Program-made: the position numbers and the translations under genes
Assembly (NCBI RefSeq): GCF_964188315.1
Contig: NC_135655.1
Location: 34,100,001 to 34,164,000, forward strand
Direction: 5' to 3'
Source: Podarcis muralis
Taxonomy: Eukaryota
Length of the DNA stretch: 64,000 bases
Shown here: positions 59,076-64,000 of the stretch, one piece after another
How the letters are laid out: every line of letters starts with the position of its first letter
Position numbering within the stretch: position 1 is the first letter of the stretch
Notes under the pieces: generated by a model
Database searches by the model: none
What the model was told of the DNA's origin: nothing
Seen by the model: only the letters and a program-made list of their open reading frames with translations

Positions 59076-59399
59076 GAGTCCAACAACATCTGGAGGGCCA
59101 GAGGTTACCTATCACTGTTTGGAAGGTATCTAATCTGCAGACAGATGGATTGCTGAGCAGGATAAGTACTCCTGAAAACTGTGGCTGAAGTCTTGGGCAT
59201 GAGCAACAATGTGCTTGTAAGTATGTTCGTTTCATTTACCTATTAATGTGAGGTATGCTGCAAAAATTTAAATGGACCACAAGAGAATCTCACCTGTCTG
59301 TAAAGCACCCATGGGCATTGCATTTTTGTACAGGTCAAGCATAGGCATAACTTTATACTTTTATAAAGCCATTATAAACGATGGATCCCGCTTGCTGTC

Positions 59400-59561
59400 T
59401 TGGCTTCTTTGATCTTTGGGGCTGGGGGGGGGGGGACCCAGGCTTCCCTGGCAGCCCCGAGAAGCAGTCTGTCCACTGCTCTTTGGGGCTGGGGGGGGTC
59501 ATTTTTTTCCTTGCTTTCCCCCTCTAAAAACTAGGTGCGCCTTATGGAGCGAAAAATACGG
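59400..59561. mobile_element. Right-end remnant of a CCGTA-type MITE (family of 41122-41501)
   Basis: ccctctaaaaactaggtgcgccttatggagcgaaaaatacgg-TA. Confidence 0.7.
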
Positions 59562-60189
59562 TATGCTACATCTTGTTGTGTGCCTACCTTCATTCTGGTA
59601 CTTTGCCTTAGCCGTTGATGTTTTTTTCTGTTAGTCCCTTTAGTCAAGAGAGCGATCTAAGCTAAAAATGAAAGGCATGCCTCTGTTATTTGGTGCTCCA
59701 TCTGACGCAGGTGCCTTCACTCCTTCAGCAACTCTGTTGCCCCTTCTCTTTAAGTCACAAGGTGGGCCAAACTCAAGTGCTGGCTGTTCACAGAAGCACT
59801 CAGAAGAGCCGGTGCAGTACAGTGTGGTACAGTGGTTACAGTATCGAACTAAGATGGGAAGCAGGCATACCTATGCCCCCTAGCCAAGGGGGGCAACCGC
59901 CCCCCCTAAATCAATAAAAATACTTACCTGAGGTTCTGCCGGCGCAACATAAAGCCTGCCCTCCCCGACATAAATCCGGGCTACGCCCATGGGAGCAGGG
60001 TTCAAATCCTCACTCGGCCATGAAGCTTACTGGGTGACCTTGAGCGGGCCACTGCCTCTCAGCCCAACCAACCTCACAGGGTTGCAGTGGGGATTAATTC
60101 AGGAGGGGGGAAGAACCAGGTACGTCACCTTGAGCTCCCAGCAGAAAACGGCGGGATATCATTGCAATGAAGTAGAAAGAATAGTCGAC

Positions 60190-61720
60190 AGTTGCCTGTC
60201 TGCGAAGAGCTGCCGCCTGCGCTTGCTCCCCGGCCCTCTCGCTCCGTCGAGAGCGCGGAGAGGGAAGCAGCTGGTCCTCCTTCCTCACGGCTCCCTCAGC
60301 TGAGCGAGGAGGCCAGGCTGGAGGCAGCTGCAAGAGCGCCCGCTGCTTCCAGGCGGTGCCCCGGTGGGCCGCTCCCTCCCGGGGAGCGCCGGCGGCTGCA
60401 GCAGCAGCTTCGCGGCCACCTCCGCGGCTCCCCCTCAGTCTGCGGCTTGGCTTGGCCGCGCAGCGGAGGAGGGAGAAACAGCCGAAACGAAGCAGCACCG
60501 GGAGAGGGAGGCGAGCGAGCGAGCAGCTGAGGCGACTGGAAAGCGCCGTCGCCGCGCGGCCGCCCTCAGCTCGCCTCCTCTCCGTGGGCTGCGGAGGGGA
60601 TGTGGGCGAGACTGCGGCAGGTGGCGGCTGCGCGGCGGCGGGCGCTCGCCTTTGGGTCAGCATGGAAGGAGGCGAGGGAGTTGTAGGGCGGCCCAGCGGG
60701 GCGGGGCGCAACCCTAGGAGTCGCCCTGTGGCAGAACAAAGCCGGAGGATGGCGCGGGGAGGAGTGCCTAATTCTCCTCAGGAAATCCCCCTCCGGCCTT
60801 CCTTCCCGTTAGGGAAGTTTCCTCGTCGAAAGAGGAGTGGGGGCGTCGTTCACGAGGAGGAGGGAGGTGGGCGGCCCTCCGTCCCCTCCCCATTTTGTGC
60901 TCTGCAGGGCTGGGCCGGGCCTGCAGCACGTGGTGACAGAAGGCGGCGCCCATGTGACCGGCCTTTCCTCCCCCCGCTTTCCCCTCCAGCCCCCCGCCTG
61001 TCTCCTCGCCTCAGCCCAGCCTGCGCTTTCCGAGCTGTGCTGCGAGCAGCGTCAACCAGACCCCTCCGCTCCATAGGCAGCAAGCAGTAGGAGCGGCCTC
61101 CGCCATCACCGCCGCCGCCGCAACAGGGACCCGGCACCATGGTAAGGGCGGGGCAGCCTGACTCGCCTCAGCGTGGCCCGGCCGGCTTGTGCCAGGCAGG
61201 GTGTGGGACTAGGCCCCCCGCGAGGGTGAGAGGGGCTCAGCGGGGCCCGCGGCCTCTGGCGGCCATTTTAGTCTAATTTTAGCCCGGGGAAGGGGGACCG
61301 ACCCTCCCCCCCCCCCGCTCCACCGCCGCCCCAACTCGTGGCCGGCGGGCGGCCCGCTTCTCGGGGAGAAGCGCCCGCAAGTTCTTCGCCTTGTGAGTGA
61401 CGGAGGGGTTTCCCACGCATACGAGTCTCGCACGCTTGGACGGCTGCTTTTTCTCGCTGTGCTTTATTCTTTCCACAAGTCTGCAAGCCCACGCACAGCT
61501 CCACGGGCGAGGAAGCAAAATAAGGGGCGTCTGGGCGTCTGGTTCCTTCCTAGGTGTAGCGGGGGGCAGCGGCTCTTTGTAAGATGGCAGGGTATACATA
61601 TGTCCCTCTTCTCGGGTTGTTGCTTTGAAGAGTGAGGACCAAGTAACGGGACAACTTAGCTTCACACATCCTTTCGTTCCCTTCCGTGGAGCCATAGGGA
61701 CAAGTGTGTCGTGGGCGCGT
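60190..61720. promoter_or_regulatory. CpG island: CFL2 promoter
   Basis: GC/CpG-rich, GC boxes (GGGGCGGGGC ~60698), spans the ATG exon. Confidence 0.85.
61139..61141 (+). CDS. CFL2: CFL2 first exon coding part (ATG only)
   Basis: Kozak-like ggcaccATG|GTAAGG inside a CpG island; ADF/cofilin genes have the ATG alone on exon 1. Confidence 0.8.
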
Positions 61721-63753
61721 CTAATGGGGCTTGGCTCCCCCTTTCTTTGGAAAGGGCTCTTTTTTTCTGTGTTATGGTAAGCCCCGTATATTTCATCGTT
61801 GGGGAATGATACGTGTTATGCCCCGCTTGTCATTTGGGAGAAGCTAGTGGTAGCAAATCTCTTGTATCTCTATTTATGGAAGGGTAAACGTATGCGGGAG
61901 CCCAGACCACGGAGAAAGCTTTGGTTCCTTTTGCTTGGCTCTGAAACGGGAGTGAAAGAGCAGGTTTTGCCGCCTCCTTCATTCTCTGCCTCTTTGTGGG
62001 GGCTGATCGTTTCCAAGAGTATACCTATGACACAGCGAGGATGGTCTCCTTTTAATTTTGGGCTTAAGTGCCTTAGAGTGGAATTCCCCCTTTCTCGTAG
62101 CGCGTTGTAAGAATATAGGCTTTCTGCTTCTCTTAGTTGGGATTGTGATGCCAGTGGGGGTGGGTGGAATGACGCATAGTTGGGTTTGCCCCTCTCCATT
62201 GTGTCTGAATGTGTCAAGGGGGGTGGGGAAGGAAGCACCAAGCCGAGAGATGGCTGCTTCCTTTGTTGGAGTGCTTTAATCATAATTTGTGGGCAGGGTG
62301 CTCTTAACTGGGAAAGCTGGAAGGTGAGTGGCATTTACCATTCATTGTGTTTGGATGGTGCCTGGTTTATGGCAGAAATTCTGTGTTTGTTTGTGTAACA
62401 CATGGGGGCATCTATCTCTCCTTGTGTTCTTGTTGCAGTGTACCATTAGGAGCTCTGCCCTAGAACTACATTGCTGAGAATCCAGCAGAAGGGCAGGAAT
62501 GTTCTGGCTGTATTTGGGCAATAGTCATTACATTGGCACTAGATGGCTCAAAAACTGACTGGGGCGGGGGGGGGGGGGTGAGAAAAGAAAAAATGGTAAA
62601 GGAGCTCTTTCCATAGAAGTGAACAATACGGTATAAAACATGCTGGTCCATTATCAGTTTTAATTTTTCTTTCTTTTCTCTCTAAATTTTTGAGATATAC
62701 AACTAAAGTAAATGGAGTGTTTTGGACAAGAAATAGTGTTTGAGAACTAGTTGTAAGAAACACTTTTTTTAAGATGAAGATTCCTACTTTGTGTTTTAAA
62801 TAACAAGTCAGAAATGATTAAATATTTTCTACCTTCATCTGTCACTGTTCTGCTATATATTTGCAGTTTCTCCTAAACTAATGTGCTGTAAAAAGCTTTA
62901 AAATCTTTGCTCTTTTAAGGGGGTTGTTTATCTGAAAACAAGTATAGTTAGTTATTTTTAAGTGTTTAAAAGAAAAACCTTTTGGTTCCTTTCCCATGTT
63001 ACAGCAGTGTCATGGGAGCTGCTATTCTCTGGGTTTACCCCATGATAACATTTAAATGCCCTCAAATATAGGCGGGAACAGTTGCCTAGGCCTTTAAAAC
63101 AGAATTAGCACTCATTAACTGCAGGCCTATTAACCTACAGCAACACTATAGGATGAAAAGCAGAAACTAAAAAAAAAGGAAAAAAGCTTATGGGTTTCCA
63201 GTGTACCCTTACAGAACACCTCTGTCCAGTCAGAATGAGAGAGTCACATTTTTGTAGGCTCAGCTTCTATAATCCTCAATACTCTTGGGAGGAATTGTAC
63301 ATTCTGTCCTTGATTCTTTCATCATGTAGTAACTTCACTAGAATATTTATAGGGTATTAAATAAAATCTAGGAATTTTAAATACATAATATTAAACCTGA
63401 CACGATACAAAAGGCATTTCTTCTCTTAGAGGCTTACGTCACTGAACAAAACTAGAATAATGACAGAGCTTGATATGAACTACTGCAAATGCATTTGATT
63501 ATTTCTGTGCAAAATCCCATGTAGTGTTTACTTAAGCATGTTTACTCATTAGTAAGCCCCAATGAATACAGTGAGTTACTCTGGGCTAAATGTGCTCTTA
63601 AATGAGTTGAAATTGCTATCTTAACCTAAAACTAGATAATTGTGTTTTGTTGTTGTGTTGTATTAAGGTAATGATGGCTGGCTTTGGACCAAATTGTATG
63701 TTTCTAATAGATGATGTTTATTATAGTGGATGCTGTTTTGCTTTGTTTTGTAG

Positions 63754-64000
63754 GCTTCTGGAGTAACAGTGAATGATGAAGTTATCAAGGTTTTCAATGA
63801 CATGAAAGTACGAAAATCTTCAACGCCAGAAGAGATTAAAAAACGAAAGAAAGCAGTTCTCTTCTGTTTAAGTGATGACAAAAGACAAATAATTGTAGAA
63901 GAAGCAAAGCAGATACTAGTTGGTGACATAGGTGATACAGTGGAGGACCCTTATACATCTTTTGTGAAGCTGTTACCTCTGAATGATTGTCGATATGCTT
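63754..64000 (+). CDS. CFL2: Cofilin-2 exon 2 (partial, runs off window)
   Basis: gtag|GCT; [82 protein letters not shown]; CFL2-type residues and BAZ1A-CFL2 synteny. Confidence 0.97.

Noticed and set aside
59920-59930. U1 snRNA gene or pseudogene
   Set aside because: Only the first 11 nt match; the following sequence is not U1.
60094-61090. 205-aa and 244-aa ORFs across the CFL2 CpG island
   Set aside because: A/R/P/G-rich products of base composition; no domain or splice support.
1-64000. CRISPR arrays, operons or prokaryotic defence systems
   Set aside because: The DNA is a spliceosomal-intron vertebrate locus; recurring sequences are dispersed transposons, not repeat-spacer arrays.

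Overview
Vertebrate genomic DNA from a squamate reptile, most likely a lacertid lizard (judged from Sauria SINEs with (ACCTTT)n tails, BovB, Penelope and lizard-type MITEs). It holds a complete + strand BAZ1A (ACF1) gene: 27 coding exons at 15086-56370, about 1590 aa, with WAC, DDT, WHIM, PHD and bromodomain regions. About 4.8 kb after the BAZ1A stop codon, CFL2 (cofilin-2) begins on the same strand and runs off the window end; this is the conserved vertebrate BAZ1A-CFL2 order. The first ~14 kb and the introns are dense with transposons (L1, L2, CR1, RTE/BovB, Penelope, SINEs, hAT and Tc1/mariner MITEs), and many keep their target-site duplications (TSDs). I see no evidence of a wholly new multi-gene system. 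The most unusual signals are: (1) a Penelope insertion with a GIY-YIG ORF and a minimal hammerhead ribozyme, plus a separate TSD-flanked 124-bp perfect palindrome folded back at that ribozyme's stem II; (2) an 848-bp hAT element carrying a CpG-island/promoter-like cargo inside a BAZ1A intron; (3) BAZ1A splice oddities (AC instead of AG at the expected exon 8 acceptor, a GC donor, a 78-nt exon not in the human protein, a stop-creating NAGNAG); (4) an inverted BovB and a SINE stacked on one target site. Coordinates were counted by hand, and comparisons to human proteins are from memory, not a database search.
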